A stretch of DNA of 64,000 nucleotides, taken from an uncultured Flavobacteriales bacterium (GTDB lineage: Bacteria; Bacteroidota; Bacteroidia; Flavobacteriales; UBA1820). This document shows, piece by piece, positions 10,511 through 19,624 of the stretch. The stretch is taken from assembly GCA_938023515.1 (NCBI GenBank), contig CALJDR010000053.1, positions 28,331 through 92,330 on the forward strand, written 5' to 3'. Position 1 is the stretch's first letter; each line of letters begins with the position of its first letter. The position numbers and the translations under genes were made by a program. Under the pieces are notes generated by a model. The model worked only from the letters and a program-made list of their open reading frames with translations. It did no database searches and had not been told where the DNA came from.

Positions 10511-12613
10511 ATGAAACCATCCGATTTCTACATCGTAAAACGGGACGGGCAAAAAGAGCCGTTCTCCATGGACAAGATCACGGCGGCCATCGAAAAGGCC
10601 TTCCGGTCGGTCGGCAAGACGGCTACCAATGAACTGCTGGAAAAACTCACCTCCAGCCTCTACATCCACGAGGGGACGAGTGTGGAGGAGATCCAGAACC
10701 AGGTCGAGCTGGCCCTGATGAGCCATGGGTATTACGGTGTGGCCAAATCGTTTATCATCTACCGCCAGCACCATTTGGAGGACCGTGAGGTGCGCGACAA
10801 ACTGGCCTTCCTGGTGGATTATTGCCAGGCCGAAAACCCGGCCACCGGCAGCAAGTACGACGCCAATGCCAACGTAGAGAACAAGAATATCGCCACGCTG
10901 ATCGGCGAACTGCCCAAACAGAACTTCATCCGGCTCAACCGCCGCCTGCTTACTGACCGCATCAAGGAGATGTACGGCAAAGAGATGGCCGACAGCTATC
11001 TTGAACTACTGGACAAACATTTTATCTACAAGAACGACGAAACGAGCATGGCCAATTACTGCGCCAGCATCACAATGTATCCCTGGCTGCTATCCGGCAC
11101 GACACCTATCGGGGGAAATTCCACCAAGCCAACCAACCTCAAGTCGTTCTGCGGCGGGTTCGTCAACATGGTGTTTATTGTTTCCAGTATGCTCAGCGGG
11201 GCTTGCGCCACGCCCGAATTCCTGATGTATCTCAATTACTTCATCAGCCTGGAGTACGGGGAGGATTATTACAAGGATGCCGGACGGAAGGTCGACCTCT
11301 CGCTCAAACAGCGGAGCCTGGACAAGGTGATCACCGATTGCTTCGAGCAGATCGTGTACTCCATCAACCAGCCTACCGGAGCGCGCAATTTCCAGGCCGT
11401 ATTTTGGAATATCGCCTATTACGACCGCTACTACTTCGAAAGCCTGTTCGGCGAGTTCGTATTCCCCGACGGTTCGCGGCCCAAATGGGATTCCCTGGAC
11501 TGGCTCCAGCGCCGGTTTATGCAGTGGTTCAACGAAGAGCGCATGAAAACAGTCCTCACGTTCCCTGTCGAAACCATGGCGCTGCTTTCCGAGAACGGCG
11601 ACGTAAAGGACAAAGCCTACGGTGACCTGACCGCCCGGATGTATGCGGCCGGGCACTCGTTCTTTACCTATATGAGCGACAATGCCGACTCTCTGAGCAG
11701 CTGCTGCCGCCTGCGTAACGAAATACAGGACAACGGTTTCAGCTATACCCTGGGTGCGGGAGGTGTTTCTACTGGCTCCAAAAGTGTACTGACGATCAAC
11801 CTGAACCGTTGTATCCAGTATGCCGTGGGTAAAGGGATCCCTTACACCGAATTCTTGGAGGACGTGGTAGACAAGGTGCATAAGTATCAGTCGGCCTACA
11901 ACGAGAACCTGAAAAATCTCCAGGCCAACGGGATGTTGCCCTTGTTCGATGCCGGGTATATCAATATGGGCCGTCAGTACCTGACTATCGGAGTGAACGG
12001 GCTGGTAGAAGCCGCCGAATTCCTCGGGCTGGCCATCGATGACAATCCGCAGTACCAGGCTTTCGTACAGGATATCCTGGGGTTGATCGAAAAATACAAC
12101 AAACAGTACCGTACGGCGGACGTGATGTTCAACTGCGAAATGATCCCGGCGGAAAACGTAGGGGTAAAACACGCCAAATGGGACCGTGAAGACGGTTACC
12201 AGGTGACGCGCGATTGCTACAACAGTTATTTTTACGTGGTGGAGGATACTTCACTCACCGTACTCGACAAATTCCGACTTCACGGACGGCGGTATGTGGA
12301 ACATCTTACCGGCGGGTCGGCCCTGCATATGAACCTCGACGAGCATTTGTCCGAGCAGCAGTACCGCCAGCTCCTCCGCGTGGCGGCCAGCGAAGGCACC
12401 AACTATTTCACGTTCAATATCCCCAATACCGTGTGCAACGATTGCGGGCATATCGACAAGCGTTACCTCAAGGAATGCCCCCATTGCCATAGCCAGAATA
12501 CGGATTATTTGACCCGTGTCATCGGTTACCTCAAACGGGTGAGCAATTTCTCGCGTCCGCGCCAGAAAGAAGCAGCCATGCGCCATTACAACCACGCAGC
12601 CGGGGAAATGTAA
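10511..12613 (+). CDS. nrdD: anaerobic ribonucleoside-triphosphate reductase (class III)
   Basis: N-terminal ATP-cone (VKRDGQKEPFSMDKI). C-terminal Zn ribbon CNDCGH...CPHCHS and glycyl-radical tail RVIGYL.R. ATG 10511 is preferred over the GTG at 10466 reported in the ORF track. Confidence 0.9.
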   Translation: MKPSDFYIVKRDGQKEPFSMDKITAAIEKAFRSVGKTATNELLEKLTSSLYIHEGTSVEEIQNQVELALMSHGYYGVAKSFIIYRQHHLEDREVRDKLAFLVDYCQAENPATGSKYDANANVENKNIATLIGELPKQNFIRLNRRLLTDRIKEMYGKEMADSYLELLDKHFIYKNDETSMANYCASITMYPWLLSGTTPIGGNSTKPTNLKSFCGGFVNMVFIVSSMLSGACATPEFLMYLNYFISLEYGEDYYKDAGRKVDLSLKQRSLDKVITDCFEQIVYSINQPTGARNFQAVFWNIAYYDRYYFESLFGEFVFPDGSRPKWDSLDWLQRRFMQWFNEERMKTVLTFPVETMALLSENGDVKDKAYGDLTARMYAAGHSFFTYMSDNADSLSSCCRLRNEIQDNGFSYTLGAGGVSTGSKSVLTINLNRCIQYAVGKGIPYTEFLEDVVDKVHKYQSAYNENLKNLQANGMLPLFDAGYINMGRQYLTIGVNGLVEAAEFLGLAIDDNPQYQAFVQDILGLIEKYNKQYRTADVMFNCEMIPAENVGVKHAKWDREDGYQVTRDCYNSYFYVVEDTSLTVLDKFRLHGRRYVEHLTGGSALHMNLDEHLSEQQYRQLLRVAASEGTNYFTFNIPNTVCNDCGHIDKRYLKECPHCHSQNTDYLTRVIGYLKRVSNFSRPRQKEAAMRHYNHAAGEM

Positions 12614-12624
12614 AAGGTCCCGGC

Positions 12625-13140
12625 ATGTTGAAATACGTCAACTACGACATTGTTTTTCAGGAAATTCCCGATGAGGTGACCCTGGCGGTCAACCTCTCGG
12701 GCTGTCCTGTGGGTTGCCCGGGCTGCCATAGTTCTTTCCTGAAAGGGGATGTGGGCGATGAGTTGTCTACGGCTGTATTGGACCGCTTATTGGAAAAATA
12801 CGGACGCGATATTACCTGCCTGTGCTTTATGGGAGGGGACGGCGCCCCGCAGGAAGTGGCTGCATTAGCTGGTTACCTGTGGAAAAAAACATCAGGATGC
12901 CTTAAAACGGGCTGGTATTCCGGCCGGCAGGAACTGCCGGAAGGGGTCGACCCGTCGGTGTTCGATTACGTCAAACTGGGGCCTTATGTGGAGGAGAAAG
13001 GCGGCCTCCGCAGTCCTCGAACCAACCAACGGCTCTATAAGGTAATAGCCGGTGCCGGAATATCTGGACAGAGGATTGCAGTGAAAGATAACCGGAACTT
13101 TTTATTACAGGACATCACCTCGGTTTTCTGGGAAAAATAA
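12625..13140 (+). CDS. nrdG: anaerobic ribonucleotide reductase activating protein (radical SAM)
   Basis: Cys cluster CPVGCPGCHS. Small size. Lies 12 nt downstream of nrdD. Confidence 0.8.
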   Translation: MLKYVNYDIVFQEIPDEVTLAVNLSGCPVGCPGCHSSFLKGDVGDELSTAVLDRLLEKYGRDITCLCFMGGDGAPQEVAALAGYLWKKTSGCLKTGWYSGRQELPEGVDPSVFDYVKLGPYVEEKGGLRSPRTNQRLYKVIAGAGISGQRIAVKDNRNFLLQDITSVFWEK

Positions 13141-13141
13141 A

Positions 13142-13543
13142 ATGATGGAACAGCGTCTGACTTTAATTACTCTCGGGGTCGCCGATCTTCGGCGTTCGCT
13201 CGATTTTTATGAAAAAGGCCTTGGCTGGGTACGCTCGGAGAGAAGCAGCGGGGATATGATCGCTTTCGAAATGCCGGGGATCATGCTGGCATTGTATCCT
13301 ATTGAGGAACTGGCCAAAGATGTTACCATTGCCCATGAACCGTCGCGGTTTTCCGGGATGACTATCGCCCACAATGTGCGCAGCGAAAAAGAAGTGGATG
13401 AATTGATGGCTACCGTAACTATGCTGGGAGGGACGGTGCTCAAGCAGCCGCAGAAAGTATTTTGGGGCGGCTACAGCGGCTATTTTGCCGATCCGGACGG
13501 GTATGTGTTCGAGGTCGCTTACAATCCTTTCTGGGAGTTTTAA
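13142..13543 (+). CDS. VOC (glyoxalase/bleomycin-resistance/dioxygenase) family protein
   Basis: 133 aa with L.V.DL..S..FY..GLGW at the N-terminus and F.DPDGY.FEV near the C-terminus, typical of VOC-fold proteins. Confidence 0.7.
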   Translation: MMEQRLTLITLGVADLRRSLDFYEKGLGWVRSERSSGDMIAFEMPGIMLALYPIEELAKDVTIAHEPSRFSGMTIAHNVRSEKEVDELMATVTMLGGTVLKQPQKVFWGGYSGYFADPDGYVFEVAYNPFWEF

Positions 13544-13919
13544 CGGCATATCCAGATCTTTCCTGTCTCGCACTTTATTTTTCCGCTTTTGCATTTCATC
13601 CGGTTTCCGAAGGATATTCCTTTTGTTTAGTAGGATAACAGATGGTATATCCGGGATTTTCCAATCGATTGATTTATTCATAGCGGGTTAATTTCTCCGG
13701 ACAGAGCAGACGCTTTATCGATAAGGGGCCGAAAAACCAAGCCTGATGGATGGTAAAAATAGACGATTTGTAACTTCATTATAAAATATAATTTGCTATT
13801 TGCTCCGGAACATAGGTGAAATTAACGATGCTGTTTTTCTTTAACTCTTCAATCGTTATGGATTCTCTGAATTTCCTGTAAAAAATCTCTTTTTTCGATT
13901 CGTACAAATAGTATAGATG

Positions 13920-13968
13920 TATGGGCAGCAGAACGAAAGGTACTGTACCTTTCGTTCTGCTGCCCATA
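13920..13968. repeat. 49-nt near-perfect palindrome (24-bp arms, 1-nt centre)
   Basis: tatgggcagcagaacgaaaggtac-t-gtacctttcgttctgctgcccata. Checked base by base. It sits at the 5' truncation edge of the methyltransferase remnant. Confidence 0.9.
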
Positions 13969-13984
13969 ATATGGCCTCAGTTAA

Positions 13985-14468
13985 ATAGTATTGGATGCGA
14001 GTAAATGCGGAGTGCCTCAAAAAAGAAAAAGATTTTTATGGTTGGTCGATTAGGGGAACAGGATGGATTTATAGATAATTATTTATCTGATGGATTTTCT
14101 GAAAAATCAATGACCGTGGCAGATTATTTAGGCGATACTTTAGGCCTTGTAGACGTCCTCGTAGTTACGCCCGACGAGGAATATTCAGTATTTATGAGCC
14201 CAGTCCAACTATTAGAGGAGTGAATCGTCCAATGCCTCCGAATTACAGATTAAAACACAATGATCCTGTCCAGTCAAAAGAAGGGGTCCGGGCATTGACA
14301 ACACTTGAAAGAAGTTATATACAAACTTTTCCTAAAACCTTTAGGTTTATAGGAGGAAAGACGGATATGGAGCAATTAATAGGGAATGCCGTGCCTGTAA
14401 ATTTGGGTTTTTATGTTGCCTGTGCAATACGACGCTATAGGATAGATAATGGATTAATAAATGACTGA
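13985..14468 (+). pseudogene. DNA (cytosine-5) methyltransferase remnant, 5'-truncated with two frameshifts
   Basis: Three frames together give VLDASKCGVPQKRKR(F)/IFMVGRLG (motif VIII region), YEPSPTIRG, and RALTTLERSYIQTFP...QLIGNAVPVNL (motifs IX-X). Motifs I-VI, including the catalytic PC motif, are absent. A stop lies immediately upstream. Confidence 0.75.
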
Positions 14469-14866
14469 TGTTTTCTCAAAGGAACAATGTAGTAATATTA
14501 TGCGAAAAGTGAAAAGTAAGCGTAATAAATCTACGGGATTAAGGCTTATTGAATTTTTTAAAAGTAACCATATAATAGGGTAATTATATGGGCATCCTGA
14601 TTTTGTATTTCTCAAGATAAAGTAGCTATTTTTCTTGATGGATGTTTTTGGCATGGGCATGATTGTAGAAATACTAAACCAAAAGATAACGAAATTATTG
14701 GTGCAATAAAATTGCGCGTAATCAGAAACGAGATATAGAAGTAACGGAGGCTCTTATAAAGAAAAAATGGAGAGTTGTAAGGATATGGGAGTGTGAGCTC
14801 AAGAATAAAACATATATCTCCGAAGTATTTGGTAGCATTGGGTTTGGGAGCGATATAGATGTCTAA
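14461..14866 (+). pseudogene. vsr: very-short-patch repair endonuclease (Vsr) pseudogene
   Basis: The ATG overlaps the methyltransferase stop by 8 nt, as in dcm-vsr pairs. SKEQCSNIMRKVKSK, GHPDFVF, FLDGCFWHGHDC and WRVVRIWECEL are readable, but only across at least three stops or frameshifts. Confidence 0.75.
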
Positions 14867-14869
14867 AAT

Positions 14870-15370
14870 TTATTTTATAAACCACACCATCTCCCATACC
14901 GAAGCTTCTACGAAGTCCACAATCTTCCGGTAGCCCGAAATCTGTTCCGCCCCAGTACGGTCTAAAAAACCGTCTATATTCGCGCGTTTCGTGCGCATCG
15001 TACTGCACTACCGAAATGAGCGATACGACCGTTTAAATATCCTGCTAATGCCTCTGCGACCTCCGCAAGTGTAATGAAATCGCTTCCGATACAAATACCG
15101 TTCGGTCGCCCGTGAAATGCGATGTATAAAACCGTGTAATTCCGGTAACGCTTAAATGTGTACTGCCGTAAGTATTCAAAAAATTCGTCCCGCGTGTTGC
15201 ATTTGCGGTAAATGTATTTGATTCCGGCCGAATGGTAAAGTTTCGAGAAGCGGGCGCACGCTTTGTTTACTACGAGGGTTGGTGTTCCGGTTGCCCTCTA
15301 AACAATATATGTACCTCTTTTTCTTCAATCCTGCATAGTCCGGCCAATGACTGTAATGCGCTGTACGCAC
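14870..15370 (-). pseudogene. frameshifted hypothetical gene
   Basis: Pieces in three frames join into one plausible protein: ...YIYCLEGNRNTNPRSKQSVRPLLETL / YHSAGIKYIYRKCNTRDEFFEYLRQ...TVLYIAFHGRPNGICIG...GRIAHFGS / CSTMRTKRANIDGFLDRTGAEQISGYRKIVDFVEASVWEMVWFIK*. At least two frameshifts are needed. Confidence 0.4.
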
Positions 15371-15511
15371 AAGCCGTTATGCGTGTATTTTCTTGAAATA
15401 ACCCCGTAAAGTTACGAAAAAATCAACACACACGCCAATTAATACGCTGAAAATCAGATAAATAACAACTAAATCAAAAAATGTTTTACCTATGTTTTAC
15501 CCCCGATAAAT

Positions 15512-15546
15512 AAAAAACGTTGCAACCGGTATGGTTACAACGTTTT
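15512..15546 (-). terminator. terminator hairpin downstream of tRNA-Phe
   Basis: 12-bp stem aacgttgcaacc/ggttacaacgtt (one mismatch), flanked by A- and T-runs. Confidence 0.55.
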
Positions 15547-15561
15547 ACGTGGTTTTTCAAG

Positions 15562-15634
15562 TGGTACCCCCAGGAATCGAACCAGGGACACAAGGATTTT
15601 CAGTCCTTTGCTCTACCAACTGAGCTAGGGTACC
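15562..15634 (-). tRNA. tRNA-Phe (anticodon GAA)
   Basis: The reverse complement GGTACCCTAGCTCAGTTGGTAGAGCAAAGGACTGAAAATCCTTGTGTCCCTGGTTCGATTCCTGGGGGTACCA folds as a cloverleaf with a perfect acceptor stem and discriminator A. The T-stem has one U-U mismatch (positions 51-63). CCA is not encoded. Confidence 0.85.
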
Positions 15635-15738
15635 TCTACAGCGGTGCAAATATAGGGTTAAATTTTTAAAACCGCCAAATTTTTAGTAAAAAATCAAACA
15701 GTTGATTTTTTACTGAAGCCTTACACTTGGGAATCGGG

Positions 15739-17136
15739 TTAATCCGTATAACCGAGGATTTTCATGAACTCTTCGGCCGATTGTTCCTTGCGGAATACAT
15801 AATCGGTGAAATTGCCGTCTTTATCCTTGTCCACGATGATATGCTGAGGCTGAGGGATCAGGCAGTGCTGTATTCCTCCGACACCGCCCAGTTCGTCCTG
15901 GTAGGCACCTGTGTTGAAAAAGCCTATGTACAAGGGTTTCTTTTCGCTGAACTTGGGCATATAGATGGCGTTCACGTGCTGTTCAGAGTTGTAGAAATCG
16001 TCCGAATCGCAAGTCAGCCCACCCATTAATACCCTTTCGTAGGAGTCTTTCCAACGGTTCACCGGAAGCAGGACGAATCGCTGGTTGATGGCCCAGGCAT
16101 CGGGCAGGGTAGTCATAAACGATGAGTTGATCATATCCCAGCGCTCGCGGTCATTCTGTTCTTTCTGATGCATGACCTCGTAAATGGTCGCACCGCTTTC
16201 CCCGACGGTAAAAGTACCGAACTCGGTAAAGATGTTGGGCACGGGGATTTCCCGATCTTCGCACATCGTTTTGATCTGGCTGATGATTTCATCTACCATA
16301 TACTGGTAATCGTATTCGAAAGCCAGAGAGGTCTTGATGGGGAACCCGCCTCCGATGTTGAGCGAATCGAGTTCCGGGCAGTCCTTTTTCAGGTCGGCGT
16401 ATACCTTGAGGCATTTCAGGAGTTCGTTCCAGTAGTAGGCGCTGTCCTTGATACCCGTATTGATGAAAAAGTGGAGCATCTTCAGACGAGCCTTCGGGTG
16501 GTTCTTGATCACCCGGCGGTACAGGGGCGCGATGTCGCGGTATTTGATGCCCAGACGCGAGGTGTAGAAGGTAAATTTAGGTTCTTCTTCCGAGGCGATG
16601 CGGATGCCGATCTCGAACGGCCCGTCGATGGCTTCGGAGAGGTAGTCTATCTCGTCCTCATTGTCGATCACCGGGATGGTATTATGGTGCCCGGTATTGA
16701 TGAGGCGGGCAATGTAATCGACGTATTTTCCCCGTTTGAATCCGTTGCACAGGATGTAGCTGTCCTTGGCCAAATGTCCTTCTGCGATGAGTTTTTCGAC
16801 GATGGGAATATCGTAGGCCGAGGAAGTTTCGATGTGTATGTCGTTCTTGAGCGCCTCGTGCATGATGAAACTGTAATGCGAACTCTTGGTACAATAGCAG
16901 TAATTGTAGGAGGCGTGGTAGTCGTTCTTTTTCATTGCCTCGGCAAATATCTTCTTGGCGCGCTGGATGTTCTCCGAAATGCGGGGGAGGTAGGTGAGTT
17001 TGAACGGGGTGCCGTATTTTTCGACCAATCCCATCAGGTCGATGCCGTGAAAGGTGAGGTTATCCCCGTCGAGGCCGAATTCCTCCTGCGGAAAATAAAA
17101 CGTTTGGTCGATAAGATCTATGTAACTTGTTTTCAT
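15739..17136 (-). CDS. type III PLP-dependent decarboxylase (arginine/ornithine decarboxylase family)
   Basis: PLP-lysine context YCYCTKSS, LNIGGGFPI glycine motif, and C-terminal GGLTCDSDD active-site cysteine motif. The 465-aa size matches the short arginine decarboxylase type annotated in Bacteroidota. Confidence 0.6.
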   Translation of the reverse strand: MKTSYIDLIDQTFYFPQEEFGLDGDNLTFHGIDLMGLVEKYGTPFKLTYLPRISENIQRAKKIFAEAMKKNDYHASYNYCYCTKSSHYSFIMHEALKNDIHIETSSAYDIPIVEKLIAEGHLAKDSYILCNGFKRGKYVDYIARLINTGHHNTIPVIDNEDEIDYLSEAIDGPFEIGIRIASEEEPKFTFYTSRLGIKYRDIAPLYRRVIKNHPKARLKMLHFFINTGIKDSAYYWNELLKCLKVYADLKKDCPELDSLNIGGGFPIKTSLAFEYDYQYMVDEIISQIKTMCEDREIPVPNIFTEFGTFTVGESGATIYEVMHQKEQNDRERWDMINSSFMTTLPDAWAINQRFVLLPVNRWKDSYERVLMGGLTCDSDDFYNSEQHVNAIYMPKFSEKKPLYIGFFNTGAYQDELGGVGGIQHCLIPQPQHIIVDKDKDGNFTDYVFRKEQSAEEFMKILGYTD

Positions 17137-17548
17137 CCTTGTTCCGGGTGGCTTGAAAGCCTTTTTTATGATTAGAGAAACGACTGAAAATTAAAAATCC
17201 CGGCATATGGCGCTTGTAGGCATGCGGGACTCTGCTGGGGCTGTGCCCTCAGATGCGGATGAAAAACACGCTGCGGCGTGCAAAAACAGGGAAGGTTTTT
17301 TTCAATGTCTGCTACATAAAATAATTAAATAGGACTTTATGCGGGTCGGGCTTTTTCCCAAAAGCTACGACCGCGCAAAAGTACGCAAAAATTTTGATAA
17401 ATGGCGGCGTGTTTTTTTGCTTTTAACGCAATGGGGGACAGGAGCAAGGTGATTGGGGCACAAAGGATTGTAAAAGCTGTACCCCCAAACGCGCGAGCGT
17501 GCCCCGAAGGGGCGGGAAGCGAGCGCGGGCCGGATGTATTTTAGTCGG

Positions 17549-18040
17549 CTATTTCCCCTCCGAACGGACTCTCTCGCTGGCCTTGAAGACTTTCTCTTTC
17601 AGGGCTTCTTTGAAGGCGATGATGCGTTCCCTCAGGGCGGGATCGGCCGTGGAGAGTATCTGGGCGCCCAGGATACCGGCGTTGCGCGCCCCGTCCAAGG
17701 CGACGGTGGCTACTGGTACTCCGGCGGGCATTTGGAGGATGGACAGCACGGAATCCCATCCGTCGATGGAATTGGAGGATTTGACCGGTACGCCGATTAC
17801 AGGCAGGGGGCTGATGGCAGCTACCATGCCGGGCAGGTGGGCGGCGCCTCCGGCCCCGGCGATGATCACACCGATACCGCGGTTATGGGCGTTCTTGGCA
17901 TAGTCAAACATTTTCTCGGGCGTGCGGTGAGCCGATACGATGTCTATTTCGGTCTCCACACCCAGTTCCTCGAGGACGTCCCGGGCGGCGCCCATTACTT
18001 TCAGGTCGGAGTCCGACCCCATGATGATGCCTGCTTTCAT
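17549..18040 (-). CDS. purE: N5-carboxyaminoimidazole ribonucleotide mutase
   Basis: 163 aa with the characteristic IIMGS.SD, SAHRTP and AGGAAHLPGM motifs. Confidence 0.9.
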   Translation of the reverse strand: MKAGIIMGSDSDLKVMGAARDVLEELGVETEIDIVSAHRTPEKMFDYAKNAHNRGIGVIIAGAGGAAHLPGMVAAISPLPVIGVPVKSSNSIDGWDSVLSILQMPAGVPVATVALDGARNAGILGAQILSTADPALRERIIAFKEALKEKVFKASERVRSEGK

Positions 18041-18063
18041 AGCTCTTAGCTTGTTTTTATTTT

Positions 18064-19506
18064 TTATTCGGTTGTTTTGAACGTATATATGAAACTAAAT
18101 CCTCCGCCACCATCCATCACATACCCTTTTTTGGAATGGAAAAATCCGAATTTGGCTCCATACGTTTTACCTTTCTGTAACCCGTCTTTTTTTAGTACAA
18201 GGACAAAAGTAAATCCGTCTTTCCACCATCGCTTTTCCACTGGAAGAGGCAATATAGTTTTATTTTCCATAGCGGTAAAGCCGCTGTCTCCTCGCATCGG
18301 CTCGGAAAAACGAATAAAAATAGTGTCGGTATCCGCTGTAACTGTTTCTCCAAGGTTGGGAGATACTTGGACGATATAAGGTTTGCGAATGCTGAATTCG
18401 TACAATACCTCATCGAAATGACCGGCCGTATGTTTGACAAACTCCACAACTTGGGGCATAAAACTGTCCATTGTGGAATATTTATCCCGATTGTCGATAA
18501 AACCCTGCATAAACTGTACACTCCTGTCCATCCAGATAAATCCCCGATCCTGATAGGAGGCCACCAACTGGGCTGGGGAGATTTGCGTATCTTTTTGAAT
18601 CTGCGGATGCTCCATAAAGTACAGGCAGACCATAAGGTTGTTGAACCATTCCAGCATCGTCGTTTTGGCACTTGCATAGGCATTTCTATACATAGCTTCG
18701 CGTACATGGGGATAGATCTTTTGGGTCGCCACCGAATCGATCTGGGGCCAATATTCGTCGCTGAGCCGATTTGTAAAGCTGTGTAGGATTTCATGCAGGA
18801 TAATGGACACAAATCCTGGGGCATATGCGGGCATTCCTTTATTATCACTGCCGGAACCGACCACTATCCGAACTTTTTTTGTCTTACCTGCTCCGAAGGT
18901 GCCCCCATAATTGCTTGGCCCGTTGGTAAGGGATGCCACGATTATCGGGTCTTCCAGTTCTTCTCCGAAAACCGACCCGAACCATTTTATATCGATAATC
19001 GCCAGCCGTTTATCCAGTCTTTCTTCAGCCAGGCGGTACAAATCGGAGTGCTTATTATAAAAATCCTGGAAGTTCGATTTTTTGTAAAAATCGTTCAGAT
19101 AAAGGGCAAAGGTCTTAAAGGCTTCCGGAGTCCAGCGGCCCAGGTCTTCTTTTTTCAATTTCGAGACATCGATGTCCGGGTTAATGCTTACCTTTCCATT
19201 CTTGATCTCAAGCAAGCCTGCCGCAGCAGCGACATCTCCGTAGGATACCCCGTATTTATTTCTTTCCCCCTCGATAAAAGGGATGATTTTGTGATTTTTG
19301 TACGACGCAAAAGCGCGGTCGATATCTTTCGCGTATTGCGGTACGCCACATTGGGTGTATTCTTTTGCTCCGGCCAGGCGGAAGACAATGCTGGTGAGCT
19401 CAAAGCGTTCGTCTACATGGCTCTTCAGCGGAGCGGGGGCAGATTCGGTTGTCGCGAAGCCGGAAACACCCAATAACGACACGAGAAATAAAAGTAGTTT
19501 TTTCAT
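18064..19506 (-). CDS. secreted protein with an HExxH motif (DUF4932-like) and a C-terminal Ig-like domain
   Basis: Signal peptide MKKLLLFLVSLLGVSGFA. IILHEILHSF (HExxH). C-terminal beta-rich roughly 100 aa. The family name is from memory only. Confidence 0.45.
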   Translation of the reverse strand: MKKLLLFLVSLLGVSGFATTESAPAPLKSHVDERFELTSIVFRLAGAKEYTQCGVPQYAKDIDRAFASYKNHKIIPFIEGERNKYGVSYGDVAAAAGLLEIKNGKVSINPDIDVSKLKKEDLGRWTPEAFKTFALYLNDFYKKSNFQDFYNKHSDLYRLAEERLDKRLAIIDIKWFGSVFGEELEDPIIVASLTNGPSNYGGTFGAGKTKKVRIVVGSGSDNKGMPAYAPGFVSIILHEILHSFTNRLSDEYWPQIDSVATQKIYPHVREAMYRNAYASAKTTMLEWFNNLMVCLYFMEHPQIQKDTQISPAQLVASYQDRGFIWMDRSVQFMQGFIDNRDKYSTMDSFMPQVVEFVKHTAGHFDEVLYEFSIRKPYIVQVSPNLGETVTADTDTIFIRFSEPMRGDSGFTAMENKTILPLPVEKRWWKDGFTFVLVLKKDGLQKGKTYGAKFGFFHSKKGYVMDGGGGFSFIYTFKTTE

Positions 19507-19624
19507 GATTCATGCAGTTTTTTACGGCTCAAAAATAATCGTTTCGGGTGAAATAATCCCTAATTTCCGAACGATAAAGGTTGTTTTAGGATGATTCGTT
19601 CTCTTTTTACAGATGAAACGAAGT

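Noticed and set aside
13163-13681. A 172-aa minus-strand ORF overlapping the VOC gene, and small ORFs at 13485..13691 and 13779..13967.
   Set aside because: The first is antisense to a well-supported gene. The last runs through the 49-nt palindrome. None has recognisable motifs.
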